Origin: a virus
Lineage: Duplodnaviria > Caudoviricetes
Length of the DNA stretch: 64,000 nt
Strand: one strand, 5' to 3'
IMG/VR virus record: IMGVR_UViG_3300021254_000021
Location: 32,001 to 96,000 of that record
Positions 28,684-37,578 of the stretch are shown piece after piece (within the stretch, counting starts at the first letter, position 1; each line of letters opens with the position of its first letter). The position numbers and the translations under genes were made by a program. The notes beneath the pieces are model-generated. The model was not told the origin of the DNA and did not search any database. It saw nothing but the letters and a program-made list of their open reading frames with translations.

Positions 28684-31284
28684 ATGAATCCAAATCAAGG
28701 TCGTGAAGCGGCGTATGTAAAATCCAGAGTTAAAGACCTTAGTCTTATTACCAATACACCAGACTATGTAGGGTGCTTTGCTTGTATTACACCTAAAGCT
28801 CATTCTTCTTTAGATGAGCCAGAAAATTATACCATTGTTGACGGTGTTAAAGTCTACCTTCCTCAGTTAGTTAGAGATGTCGATACTCTGACAGAATTAT
28901 TTGGTGATCCTAGAATTGATCCTGCTACCTATAAAGACCTTTATGCTATCAGAACAATCGTGCAGAATGGTTTTGCCTGTCATATTGCAAAAGTTAAATC
29001 AGGTGAACCCTATACTGCTATTGTAAACTCCTCTGGTCTTTTTGAATCAGCAGGTTGTATTCCAAATACTCAGTTAGATGATGAATCAGAGTTAATTCAG
29101 CTTAAAGCAGACTTACAAGACATTAACTTATTTAATGTAGAGTCCTCTATTGTAGGTACAAACAAGCTGTCTGTCGCCCTTATTCCTTTAAAACCATTCT
29201 CAATCAACCAAGTTGTTTTAGAGATTCACTTTACCTCTAAAGCTACATCATCTTCTGATGAAGTAGAGGTTTCCTCTGCTAGAATAATGCTTACACCCGA
29301 TACCAAGAATGCGGATTTGATTAAAACAATCAATGGTTATCTTGGTGGAGACATTAGCTTCCAGTTACCAGACATTCTTAATGATGCCACGTTTGCTACG
29401 GTTACAGATGCCAGTGAGGTGATTGAACCTGATTCCTCTACTGGTGAAAAGTATTACTGCATTGCGAACGTCCTTCTCTATATCTGCGGACTCTATGTTT
29501 TAAGAAAAGAGGGTGATCACTTTGACAGCACCGATCTTCTTATGGACAATATGGAACTGTGTACAAAAGAAGTGTCTGGTGTTACCAAGAGAGGTTTGGA
29601 AGCTCTTAAAGTGGAATGGACAAATGGCTATGTTGGACATAACAGAACAACATTTATATGCAAAGTGAATAAAGGTGAGGATGCTACCCTTTCCGTTTCA
29701 CAGGCAGATTATGTCCGCTCTTTAAATCTTTATAGTGATCCTAAGTACAATGGTTGCTTTATCTCTGATTTAAGCTCTGATGTCACAGTCACAATAGAGA
29801 AAGATAAACCCACTTATAAAGCAACCAACTATATAGCTAATAGCTATAATGAAGAAGCTCTGCCCGAAGATTACCCAAAGACAACAGGTTATCTCTTTGT
29901 TAAGAGAGGTGACGAGGATGATCCTACCACTACCTATGACAGCATGAAGTATATTGCTGATAATACCGCTTACTTAGCAACACGTGGTCTGGATAGACAG
30001 AAATTCACACAGACCTCAGAAACAGAGGGTGATGTCACCGTTTATACCTATACACCAGATCCTTCAGGAACATTCGTAAGAAAGTATGAGTCTAATCCCA
30101 CCTTAACAGAGAGATTTGCTCCCGATACGGAAAACTCCAACTTTGTTACTCTGGAGGCAGGGGTAAACGACAAGTATAATAAACAGCTCTATAACCCTAA
30201 TGGTTATACCAGAGTTAATTTAACTTCTGAACCATCCCCGGCTACAGACCAAATCTTTTTTGTTAAAAATGAAGATGGTACAGCTTATGTGGAGAGAATT
30301 GTAGCTAATCCAAGTGCAGAACCACCAGTAGAAGGTAATGATAAAGAAGAAGTGACAGAGATGGTGGAAATGCCGTCCGATGATAGACGTGGTTTACACT
30401 ATATCATTAAACATGTAGCCGCTCTTAGAAAAGACTTAACCTGTGTATTTACCACCCCATACAAACCTTGTGACATAGAACAGTCTATAGTACAAAAGAC
30501 ACTTATCTATGAGGATTTGTTTGATTTAAATAGAGCCTGTAATTGGGTTGCCGTTAAAGGTGATTTTACAGACTTATTTGAATATGGTAATTCTCAGGCT
30601 GTCGATTACTCCGAACAGGCTTTTTACTGTGAAATGTACTGGTCATGGCTTAAATGGCGTGTAGCTAAATTAGTTAATGGTTTGGCCACTGGTTCTTCCG
30701 TTGTAATCATGCCACCCACACCTTTCGTTATTTTGAATGCTTTAGCCTCTTATCGTACAAAAGGTTCGTTCTACCCTGTTGCAGGTGATCAAGGTGGTGT
30801 CCTTCCTGATTCCTGTACCATTCTACAGAATCCTTCTACCAAAGGACAGAGAGACAAACTAATCTCTTATAGAATTAACCCCATTTATGATACTGGTTTA
30901 CGTGGTATTCAGATTTACGGTAATGATACCCTTAATCCACAATACACCGATCTTTCAGCCGCTCATATAGCCCGTACCCTCGTTCAGATTCGATCCAGAG
31001 TTGATGCTTACTCAGAAACCATTAAGTTCTCACTCAACGATAAGTACACTTGGGGTACATGGATCAATTACGTCTCTACCAAGATTCTTGATCCTATCCG
31101 ATCCTTGGGTGGATTACAGTGGTATCAGGTCGATATGGGTTATAACACCACTACACGAGATGAGATAGCACAACGTAAGATTCGTGGCATGATTAGCCTA
31201 CAGTTTACGCAGGCTCTTGAAATAATCGACTTAGAATTTGTCGTTTATTCTTCTGCTCTGGATATGGAAGCTACTACAACGTAA
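28684..31284 (+). CDS. tail sheath protein paralog 2
   Basis: Same N-terminus (GREAAYVKSRV) and C-terminal sheath motifs as paralog 1. Confidence 0.9.
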   Translation: MNPNQGREAAYVKSRVKDLSLITNTPDYVGCFACITPKAHSSLDEPENYTIVDGVKVYLPQLVRDVDTLTELFGDPRIDPATYKDLYAIRTIVQNGFACHIAKVKSGEPYTAIVNSSGLFESAGCIPNTQLDDESELIQLKADLQDINLFNVESSIVGTNKLSVALIPLKPFSINQVVLEIHFTSKATSSSDEVEVSSARIMLTPDTKNADLIKTINGYLGGDISFQLPDILNDATFATVTDASEVIEPDSSTGEKYYCIANVLLYICGLYVLRKEGDHFDSTDLLMDNMELCTKEVSGVTKRGLEALKVEWTNGYVGHNRTTFICKVNKGEDATLSVSQADYVRSLNLYSDPKYNGCFISDLSSDVTVTIEKDKPTYKATNYIANSYNEEALPEDYPKTTGYLFVKRGDEDDPTTTYDSMKYIADNTAYLATRGLDRQKFTQTSETEGDVTVYTYTPDPSGTFVRKYESNPTLTERFAPDTENSNFVTLEAGVNDKYNKQLYNPNGYTRVNLTSEPSPATDQIFFVKNEDGTAYVERIVANPSAEPPVEGNDKEEVTEMVEMPSDDRRGLHYIIKHVAALRKDLTCVFTTPYKPCDIEQSIVQKTLIYEDLFDLNRACNWVAVKGDFTDLFEYGNSQAVDYSEQAFYCEMYWSWLKWRVAKLVNGLATGSSVVIMPPTPFVILNALASYRTKGSFYPVAGDQGGVLPDSCTILQNPSTKGQRDKLISYRINPIYDTGLRGIQIYGNDTLNPQYTDLSAAHIARTLVQIRSRVDAYSETIKFSLNDKYTWGTWINYVSTKILDPIRSLGGLQWYQVDMGYNTTTRDEIAQRKIRGMISLQFTQALEIIDLEFVVYSSALDMEATTT

Positions 31285-31306
31285 GATGAAAATTTAAACT
31301 CAGTTA

Positions 31307-31346
31307 AAAACCCGATTAGGATTGTACTTAATCGGGTTTTCTTTTT
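31307..31346 (+). terminator. rho-independent terminator
   Basis: AAAACCCGATTAGG-ATTGTA-CTTAATCGGGTTTT. Confidence 0.8.
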
Positions 31347-31348
31347 GT

Positions 31349-31377
31349 TTGACTTTCATCTCAGAATGTAGTATAGT
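31349..31377 (+). promoter_or_regulatory. sigma70-type promoter
   Basis: TTGACT-N17-TATAGT; followed by a 9-bp-stem hairpin ATTAAGTGA-AATCCC-TCACTTAAT (31384-31407). Confidence 0.7.
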
Positions 31378-31425
31378 AGTTACATTAAGTGAAATCCCTC
31401 ACTTAATAAGATACGGAGCTACATT

Positions 31426-33273
31426 ATGGGTAAAGATTATCGACATTTTACAAAATATCCAACGTGGTTTATAGAGGAATTAGTTAATAAAGAAGATCGT
31501 GAGGATGCTAAGAAAGGTATTTTACCTCGTTCTAAAAAGGTTACTCTTTTCTGTAAAGATCATGGCTCTTATCTCCAAACACCCTCGAACCACATAGACT
31601 TTAAAACTATGTCTTTAAAGGGAGGTTGTCCGAAATGTGGGAGACGCCTACAAATAGAAAAGAGTAAGATAACTAAAAGAAAAGTTAGAAAGTCTTATCC
31701 AGAGTGGTTTATAAATGAGTTAGCACATGATGAGGATAGAATTAAAGTGAAAAATAAGGAGCTTTCTACGGGAGACAGAGTAGATTTTCTATGTCCTGTA
31801 CATGGTATTTACAGTATGGCAGTCTTTAATCATATTCGTTTAAAGACAGGATTAAGACTACGTGGATGTCCAGAGTGTGCAAAAGTAGATAGGAGAGAAC
31901 ACTGTATTAAAACAAAGATGGAAAATAGACCAGACTATCCTGTTTGGTTTATAGAAGAATTATTTAAAGAGGAAGATAAAGAGCGTGCTAGGAATAAGTG
32001 TTTAAGGTATAATGAAAAGGTTTCTTTTTATTGTAAGGATCATGGTGTCTATACACAGATAGTAGCAGATCATATAGAGTATAAGACAGGGGAAAAGAAA
32101 CAGGGATGCCCAAAGTGCGGAATAATAAAAAGAAATTTAAATAAGAAAGAGAGAAATAAACAGAAAAGACCAAACTATCCAGACTGGTTTATTGAGGATA
32201 TAGCTAGTGAGGAAGATAAAGATAGGGCGAGAAACAAAGAACTAACGTGGTCTGATAAGGTAAATTTTATTTGTCCTATACATGGTGTGTATAAACAAAG
32301 AATAGATGCACACATGAACACTTCTACTTTAACACCAAAACAAGGTTGCCCTTCTTGTGGAATCCTTCTTTCTAAAAGTGAGATAGAAATATCTGATTTT
32401 ATTAAATCACTAGGGGTAGAGATAGAAAAAAGAAATAGATCTTTGATTAAAGAGAAAGCGTCTACGCGATTTTTAGAATTGGATATTTTTATTCCTAATA
32501 AAAATATAGCTATTGAGTATAATGGAAGTTACTGGCATGGAGAGTTGCATAAAAAAGATAAGAAAAGTAATTTGAATAAATTCTTACTCTGTGCAGAACA
32601 AGGTATTCGCTTAATCTCTATTTATGATCGTGATTGGAAAGAAAACAAAGATAAGATTTCTAACTTTCTAAAAGATTTGTTAGTTCCTAAAATTAGAATT
32701 TTCGGTAGATGTACAGAAGTTAGAACCCTTTCCTTACAAGAAGCAAAGAAGTTTTATGATGAAAATCATTTAAAAGGGAGTGGTAATCACAATAAAATTT
32801 CTTATGGTCTGTTTTATAATGGTAGTTTGGTATCAGCAATGTCCTTTTCTAAACCGAACTTTGGGAATCAAAGAAAGGTAGAGTGGGATTTGACACGTTA
32901 TTGTGTTAAGTTTGGTTATTCTGTTATAGGAGGTGCTGAAAAACTCTTTAAAACATTTATAAAAGAATTTAATCCTTCTAATGTAATAACTTATTCTGAC
33001 AATGATTACTTTACAGGAGAAGTCTATTCCAGACTAGGTTTTCTTTTGGATAAGATAACTAGTATTCCTTATTACTGGGCTAAGAGTGATCACATTTTTC
33101 TAAATAGAGAGGTGTGTCAGGTACATAAACTAAAAGAAAAGTATCCTGATATTTTCCAGAAATCTATAGATGAGAATGCATCTAACAAAGAGGATTATAT
33201 CATGCACACTTTAGGTTATTATAAAGTGTATCGTTGTGGTAATAAAAGGTGGATTTGGAAATCCACTATCTAA
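31426..33273 (+). CDS. 4x Zn-finger repeat / Vsr-like nuclease / Mom-like GNAT protein
   Basis: Four ~77-aa YPxWFIxEL..CxxHG..H..GCPxC repeats; ELDIFIPNKNIAIEYNGSYWH; ENHL, DLTRY, GGAEKL, TYSDND, GEVYSRLGF. Confidence 0.75.
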   Translation: MGKDYRHFTKYPTWFIEELVNKEDREDAKKGILPRSKKVTLFCKDHGSYLQTPSNHIDFKTMSLKGGCPKCGRRLQIEKSKITKRKVRKSYPEWFINELAHDEDRIKVKNKELSTGDRVDFLCPVHGIYSMAVFNHIRLKTGLRLRGCPECAKVDRREHCIKTKMENRPDYPVWFIEELFKEEDKERARNKCLRYNEKVSFYCKDHGVYTQIVADHIEYKTGEKKQGCPKCGIIKRNLNKKERNKQKRPNYPDWFIEDIASEEDKDRARNKELTWSDKVNFICPIHGVYKQRIDAHMNTSTLTPKQGCPSCGILLSKSEIEISDFIKSLGVEIEKRNRSLIKEKASTRFLELDIFIPNKNIAIEYNGSYWHGELHKKDKKSNLNKFLLCAEQGIRLISIYDRDWKENKDKISNFLKDLLVPKIRIFGRCTEVRTLSLQEAKKFYDENHLKGSGNHNKISYGLFYNGSLVSAMSFSKPNFGNQRKVEWDLTRYCVKFGYSVIGGAEKLFKTFIKEFNPSNVITYSDNDYFTGEVYSRLGFLLDKITSIPYYWAKSDHIFLNREVCQVHKLKEKYPDIFQKSIDENASNKEDYIMHTLGYYKVYRCGNKRWIWKSTI

Positions 33274-33313
33274 CACATAGTGACTTTGTTCCTTAAAAAT
33301 AAAGGAGAGTATC

Positions 33314-33757
33314 ATGCGTAAATTAAAAAGAAATGAAACAAGAACAGTGACAGAGGGTATCTCCCCTTCTGCTATTGGTCGTAGTAAAGAGATCGTGGAT
33401 TGGGCTATTGACTACATTAAAGACACCCTTCCTGATTATGAGGGAGAAACTGTTTATGGTAGTGATTTAGGCGCTACCATTACAGAAGGCCCTAATGCAA
33501 ATGGGGTTTATGAAGAAGATGCTTGGGGTTTCATATCCAAGCATATCAATGATGCCCGTGATGAGTACGAGTATGAGAAGGATAACTTTGGTGAGGTTCT
33601 GCATAACCCGTTTGAAGACCCAGATGCTTTTGTTGTCTGTATGTTAATCAACACAGTGGAAGGTGTTTTGTCTCAAGTTCCATTGGTGGAGGAGAACTGG
33701 AATGACGAGTTCGAGCTGACTAAAGAGAATATAGATGCTATCTTAAAAGCTCTTTAA
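33314..33757 (+). CDS. small acidic protein, probable capsid cargo
   Basis: AAGGAG RBS; MRKLKRNE leader then a strongly Asp/Glu-rich body. Confidence 0.65.
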   Translation: MRKLKRNETRTVTEGISPSAIGRSKEIVDWAIDYIKDTLPDYEGETVYGSDLGATITEGPNANGVYEEDAWGFISKHINDARDEYEYEKDNFGEVLHNPFEDPDAFVVCMLINTVEGVLSQVPLVEENWNDEFELTKENIDAILKAL

Positions 33758-33785
33758 TTACAACTATATCTATCTTAGTAAAGAG

Positions 33786-33815
33786 AAAGCCCAACTTAAA
33801 TAGTTGGGCTTTTTT
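33786..33815 (+). terminator. rho-independent terminator
   Basis: AAAGCCCAACT-TAAAT-AGTTGGGCTTTTTT. Confidence 0.8.
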
Positions 33816-33831
33816 ATATAGGAGAAATACT

Positions 33832-34488
33832 ATGGTTAAGTTAAAGAGAGTCTGTGAGAGATATGATCATATCCGTTCTTTAGAGAACCTATTAAAGTTT
33901 TACTCTAGGAATCCAGATAATTGGGATAAAGAGTGGTCTGTCAACCCTTATTATCTTGTAGATTTAAAGAATTATGGTGCAGGTCATTGTGTTTGTGGAC
34001 ATCCTATTCGTTACCAATACCAATTTTTAAATACGGTAACAGGTAGAACATTCCCTGTTGGATCAGAATGTGTCCATCTTTTACATCTCGCCAAATTTGA
34101 CGAGACAGTGGATAAACTGGAAAAGATTGCTCAAATGGCTAATGCTGAAATAGACACTTCTTTAAAGGCTGAGGACTTTATTAAAGCGTATAAGAAAATA
34201 TACGATATGGCTGGTGTCTCTGCTTTAACAAGCTATGGACAGTATAAACCAGATCCCACAGATCTATTTATCTATCGTAACTCTATTGGTAAACGTAAAT
34301 ATAAAGAGTATGCAGAGAAGATGAAAGCGTTTATGATAGAGTTGCATGATGAAGCTAAGAAGTTTGTCAACAGTATGGAAAGAAAATCAAAACCTGTGAC
34401 ACCAGATCAGGTACAGCAGATTGTCGATGATAGCGCCGCAGAGATGTTACGTTTTGCACAGGCCAAACAAAATAAACTTCCATTCTAA
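33832..34488 (+). CDS. Zn-binding hypothetical protein, probable capsid cargo
   Basis: MVKLKRVCE leader; HCVCGHPI...VGSECV metal-binding pattern. Confidence 0.6.
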   Translation: MVKLKRVCERYDHIRSLENLLKFYSRNPDNWDKEWSVNPYYLVDLKNYGAGHCVCGHPIRYQYQFLNTVTGRTFPVGSECVHLLHLAKFDETVDKLEKIAQMANAEIDTSLKAEDFIKAYKKIYDMAGVSALTSYGQYKPDPTDLFIYRNSIGKRKYKEYAEKMKAFMIELHDEAKKFVNSMERKSKPVTPDQVQQIVDDSAAEMLRFAQAKQNKLPF

Positions 34489-34538
34489 ATAAACCTCTAT
34501 CTATCTTCATATACCCCTTTTGTGTATGGAGATAGATT

Positions 34539-34964
34539 ATGTATAAAGACAAACCATTAATTCTAAACATCTTACTAGGTATATGGCAACTACCACAGAT
34601 ATTGGTTGGTCTTGTTATGTTAGCTATATTCCGTAACAAGACATCATACACAAATCCGCATAACCATATTACGGTATGGAATATTAACTGTCATCGTGCC
34701 TTTGGTACAGCCTGTTTCTCAACAGGCCCATTCATAATAACTTGTGATGATTATGTGGATGATGAAATACTTAGACATGAGACTGGTCACAGTCTTCAAA
34801 GCGTAATACTGGGACTATTCTATCACATTGTTGTTTCCATTCCGAGTGTTTGTTTATTTTGGTATAAGAGGAGAAAGAAAAAAGATCAGAAATGGTATTA
34901 TAGTCATTATCCAGAAAATTGGGCGAATAAAGCGGGTGGTGTAGAGACCTCTATGTACGAGTGA
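34539..34964 (+). CDS. small membrane protein with HExxH zinc-peptidase-like motif
   Basis: IWQLPQILVG hydrophobic N-terminus, RHETGHSLQS, YPENWAN. Confidence 0.6.
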   Translation: MYKDKPLILNILLGIWQLPQILVGLVMLAIFRNKTSYTNPHNHITVWNINCHRAFGTACFSTGPFIITCDDYVDDEILRHETGHSLQSVILGLFYHIVVSIPSVCLFWYKRRKKKDQKWYYSHYPENWANKAGGVETSMYE

Positions 34965-35055
34965 TAATCTAAATACACAGGGTTAAGTCGGCCAACCGAA
35001 AAAAAGCAGTACATAAGGTTATTATAAACAGAGATTATTCCTTTTTATCGTATAT

Positions 35056-35091
35056 AAGGGAAAGAGATTCCTCTCTTTCCCTTTTTCTTTT
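35056..35091 (+). terminator. terminator-like hairpin directly upstream of the third nuclease gene
   Basis: AAGGGAAAGAGA-loop-TCTCTTTCCCTT plus T tract. Confidence 0.6.
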
Positions 35092-35099
35092 ATCGTATT

Positions 35100-36923
35100 A
35101 TGGCTAAGAAAAAAAGAATATACCCACAATGGTTTATAGAAGAATTAGCAGACCCTACGGTTAAGCAACAGGCCGTAGATGGGTCACTCTCCACTGTATC
35201 TAAAGTAGAATTTAAATGTGCTTGTGGGAATACTTATATACAAAAAATAACAAACCATATTAACCTCTCTACTGGGGAGAGAAAGTTTGGACATTGTAAA
35301 GAGTGTACAAAGAGAATATCAGCTCAAAAATACAGAGACTCTTTAGGTACATCGAAACCTTATCCTAATTGGTTTATAGATGAGTTAGTTAGAGATGAGG
35401 ATAAGATTAAAGCTAGAGATGGAAAACTGAAGTCTGATGATAACGTCCCTTTTATTTGCCCTATATGTAAAGAGATATATAATCAAAGAGTGGCTAGTCA
35501 TATAACACTTTCTACAGGTATTAAAAAGAAGGGGTGTCCTAAGTGTGGTATAAGAAAACAGATAGAGTCCAGTAGAAAAACTAAAGAGATTATAAAGCCT
35601 TATCCACAATGGTTCATAGATGATCTTTACTCTAATGAGGATAAAGCATTAGCTACAACCACCAATTTTTATGGCAAAGAGGAAAAACAATTCTATTGTA
35701 AGAAACATGACTTGGTGTACATACAAAAAGTGAGGAGTCATATAGATTTAAAAACTCACTTACCAAAAGCGGGATGTCCACAGTGTAAAGTAGAGAAGTT
35801 TAGAAAATCTTTAAATACAGACACGCCTTTGCCTGATTGGTTCATAAAAGACTTAGTTAATAAAGAAGATAAGCAAAGAGCTAAAGAAGGTAAAATTAAG
35901 TCTAATGAGAAATTAGATTTCCAGTGTAAACAAAATCACATATATAAGCAGGAAGTACATGCTCATATAAATTTAGGTACACAAGAGCAACTATGTGGAT
36001 GTCCCGTTTGTGCTAAACAGAGGTCTAACACAGAGATTAGCATAGAGAACTTTATTAAAGAACTAGGATTTAATACCGAACATAAGCGGTTTAATTCATC
36101 TATATTACCCATCTTTGAGTTAGACATATTTATTCCAGATAAGTACATAGGCATAGAGTACAATGGATCTTTCTGGCATAAAACACTTCCACAGGATTTT
36201 TGTTTTAAGCCTAGGCTGTATCATAACCAGAAATACTATGCTTGTAAGGAATTAGGAATACAACTAATCTCTATATTCGATGTCGATTGGGAATATAGAA
36301 AGGATAAAATCAAGCAGTATCTTAAAGACCTCTTAACACCATCCTCTAATAGAATTTATGCAAGGAAATGTGAAGTAAAACAGATAAGTAAAGAGGAAGC
36401 TAATGATATGTATGAAGAGGATCACTTGTTAGGTAAAACTTCTGTACAGTCTGTCTCTTATGGTTTATTTTTTAACAATGATTTACTTTCTTGCATGAGC
36501 TTTCAAAAAGGAAGGTATAAAGAGGGTAAAGAATCCGTTTGGTGTCTCACTCGTTTTGTTACTAAGTCTTGTTACTCTATTGTAGGTGGGGCTTCTAAAC
36601 TTTTAACAGAGTTTGAAAAGGAATTTAAACCATCTATTTTAATCTCTTATTCTGATAATGATTATTTCACTGGTAGAGTATATTCTAAGTTAGGTTTTGA
36701 TTGTTTTGGTGATACAGGATCTCCACGCTACTACTGGTATTTAAATGGATCAGAGCTTAAAAGAGAGCAATGTCAGTTAAAATTCCTTTCTAAACAATAT
36801 CCAGAACTGTATCAAGAGTCTTTAAATAGGACTGGAAATAAAGAGGATTATATTATGCTTAGTCTTGGTGCTAATAAGGTGTATAGGTCTGGACATACCA
36901 AATGGATAAAAAGATATAGCTAA
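35100..36923 (+). CDS. 4x Zn-finger repeat / Vsr-like nuclease / Mom-like GNAT protein
   Basis: Four PxWFI..C..HI..GCPxC-type repeats; ELDIFIPDKYIGIEYNGSFWH; EDHL, LTRF, GGASKLL, SYSDND, GRVYSKLGF. Confidence 0.75.
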   Translation: MAKKKRIYPQWFIEELADPTVKQQAVDGSLSTVSKVEFKCACGNTYIQKITNHINLSTGERKFGHCKECTKRISAQKYRDSLGTSKPYPNWFIDELVRDEDKIKARDGKLKSDDNVPFICPICKEIYNQRVASHITLSTGIKKKGCPKCGIRKQIESSRKTKEIIKPYPQWFIDDLYSNEDKALATTTNFYGKEEKQFYCKKHDLVYIQKVRSHIDLKTHLPKAGCPQCKVEKFRKSLNTDTPLPDWFIKDLVNKEDKQRAKEGKIKSNEKLDFQCKQNHIYKQEVHAHINLGTQEQLCGCPVCAKQRSNTEISIENFIKELGFNTEHKRFNSSILPIFELDIFIPDKYIGIEYNGSFWHKTLPQDFCFKPRLYHNQKYYACKELGIQLISIFDVDWEYRKDKIKQYLKDLLTPSSNRIYARKCEVKQISKEEANDMYEEDHLLGKTSVQSVSYGLFFNNDLLSCMSFQKGRYKEGKESVWCLTRFVTKSCYSIVGGASKLLTEFEKEFKPSILISYSDNDYFTGRVYSKLGFDCFGDTGSPRYYWYLNGSELKREQCQLKFLSKQYPELYQESLNRTGNKEDYIMLSLGANKVYRSGHTKWIKRYS

Positions 36924-36932
36924 TAATCAGAT

Positions 36933-36938
36933 TATCTA
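36933..36938 (+). promoter_or_regulatory. TATCTA candidate late promoter (example; about 15 intergenic copies)
   Basis: Also at 1084, 13637, 14107, 17159, 28355, 28621, 33267, 33767, 34498, 39995, 62074, 62483, 63435 (+) and 24553 (-). Confidence 0.65.
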
Positions 36939-36989
36939 TCTTAATTAGAGGATTTGGTTTCTCTTACCTTTAATTAAGGAGATAATATT

Positions 36990-37553
36990 ATGGCTTATGA
37001 TACATATTCAGGTGCATCACATTTTGCGAACGACTCCAATTATGAAGTCCAACGTGGTAATCATTACGAGATTGTTATAGACTTGGATGCCTTACAGCCT
37101 AAGTTTGATTCAACTTATGCAGAAGCTATTCGTCTTTGTTGTACTTCTGCTCCTGTTCCTGATATTTCTATTCAAGCACAGCCTTTACGTCATGGTAATG
37201 AAACAGTAAACGTTGCAGGTTCTCCTTCATGGGGAAACATGTCCATTAGTGTTTATGATGTTATTGGACGTGATATGGCTACTTTATTACAGGAATGGTT
37301 TTGGAGAGTCTTTAATCCTGCTACACATACAATGGGTTTAGTTACATCATATAAAACCTCTGCAACACTTTATCTGTATTCACCAGATGCTTCTACCTTT
37401 AGAAAATGGATTTGTTATGGTGTTTTCCCAACAAACATAAACTTTGGTAGTTATTCTGCTGACAGTCAGGGCGCTCCAGTTTCCATTACTATGAATCTTG
37501 CAGTGGATAGAACTGAACTAGTTTCCGCAGGTGGTACAGCTATTGGTTTTTAA
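36990..37553 (+). CDS. tail tube protein (T4 gp19-like)
   Basis: QRGNHYEI, SAPVP, GNETVNVAG, ISVYD, LQEWF..V, GVFPTNI gp19-type motifs; 187 aa. Confidence 0.88.
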   Translation: MAYDTYSGASHFANDSNYEVQRGNHYEIVIDLDALQPKFDSTYAEAIRLCCTSAPVPDISIQAQPLRHGNETVNVAGSPSWGNMSISVYDVIGRDMATLLQEWFWRVFNPATHTMGLVTSYKTSATLYLYSPDASTFRKWICYGVFPTNINFGSYSADSQGAPVSITMNLAVDRTELVSAGGTAIGF

Positions 37554-37578
37554 TAAAGGTTAAAGGGAGATATAAGTT

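Noticed and set aside
24610-31284. Inteins or introns explaining the sheath insertions
   Set aside because: No C/S..HN intein ends or LAGLIDADG motifs noticed, and reading frames are uninterrupted.
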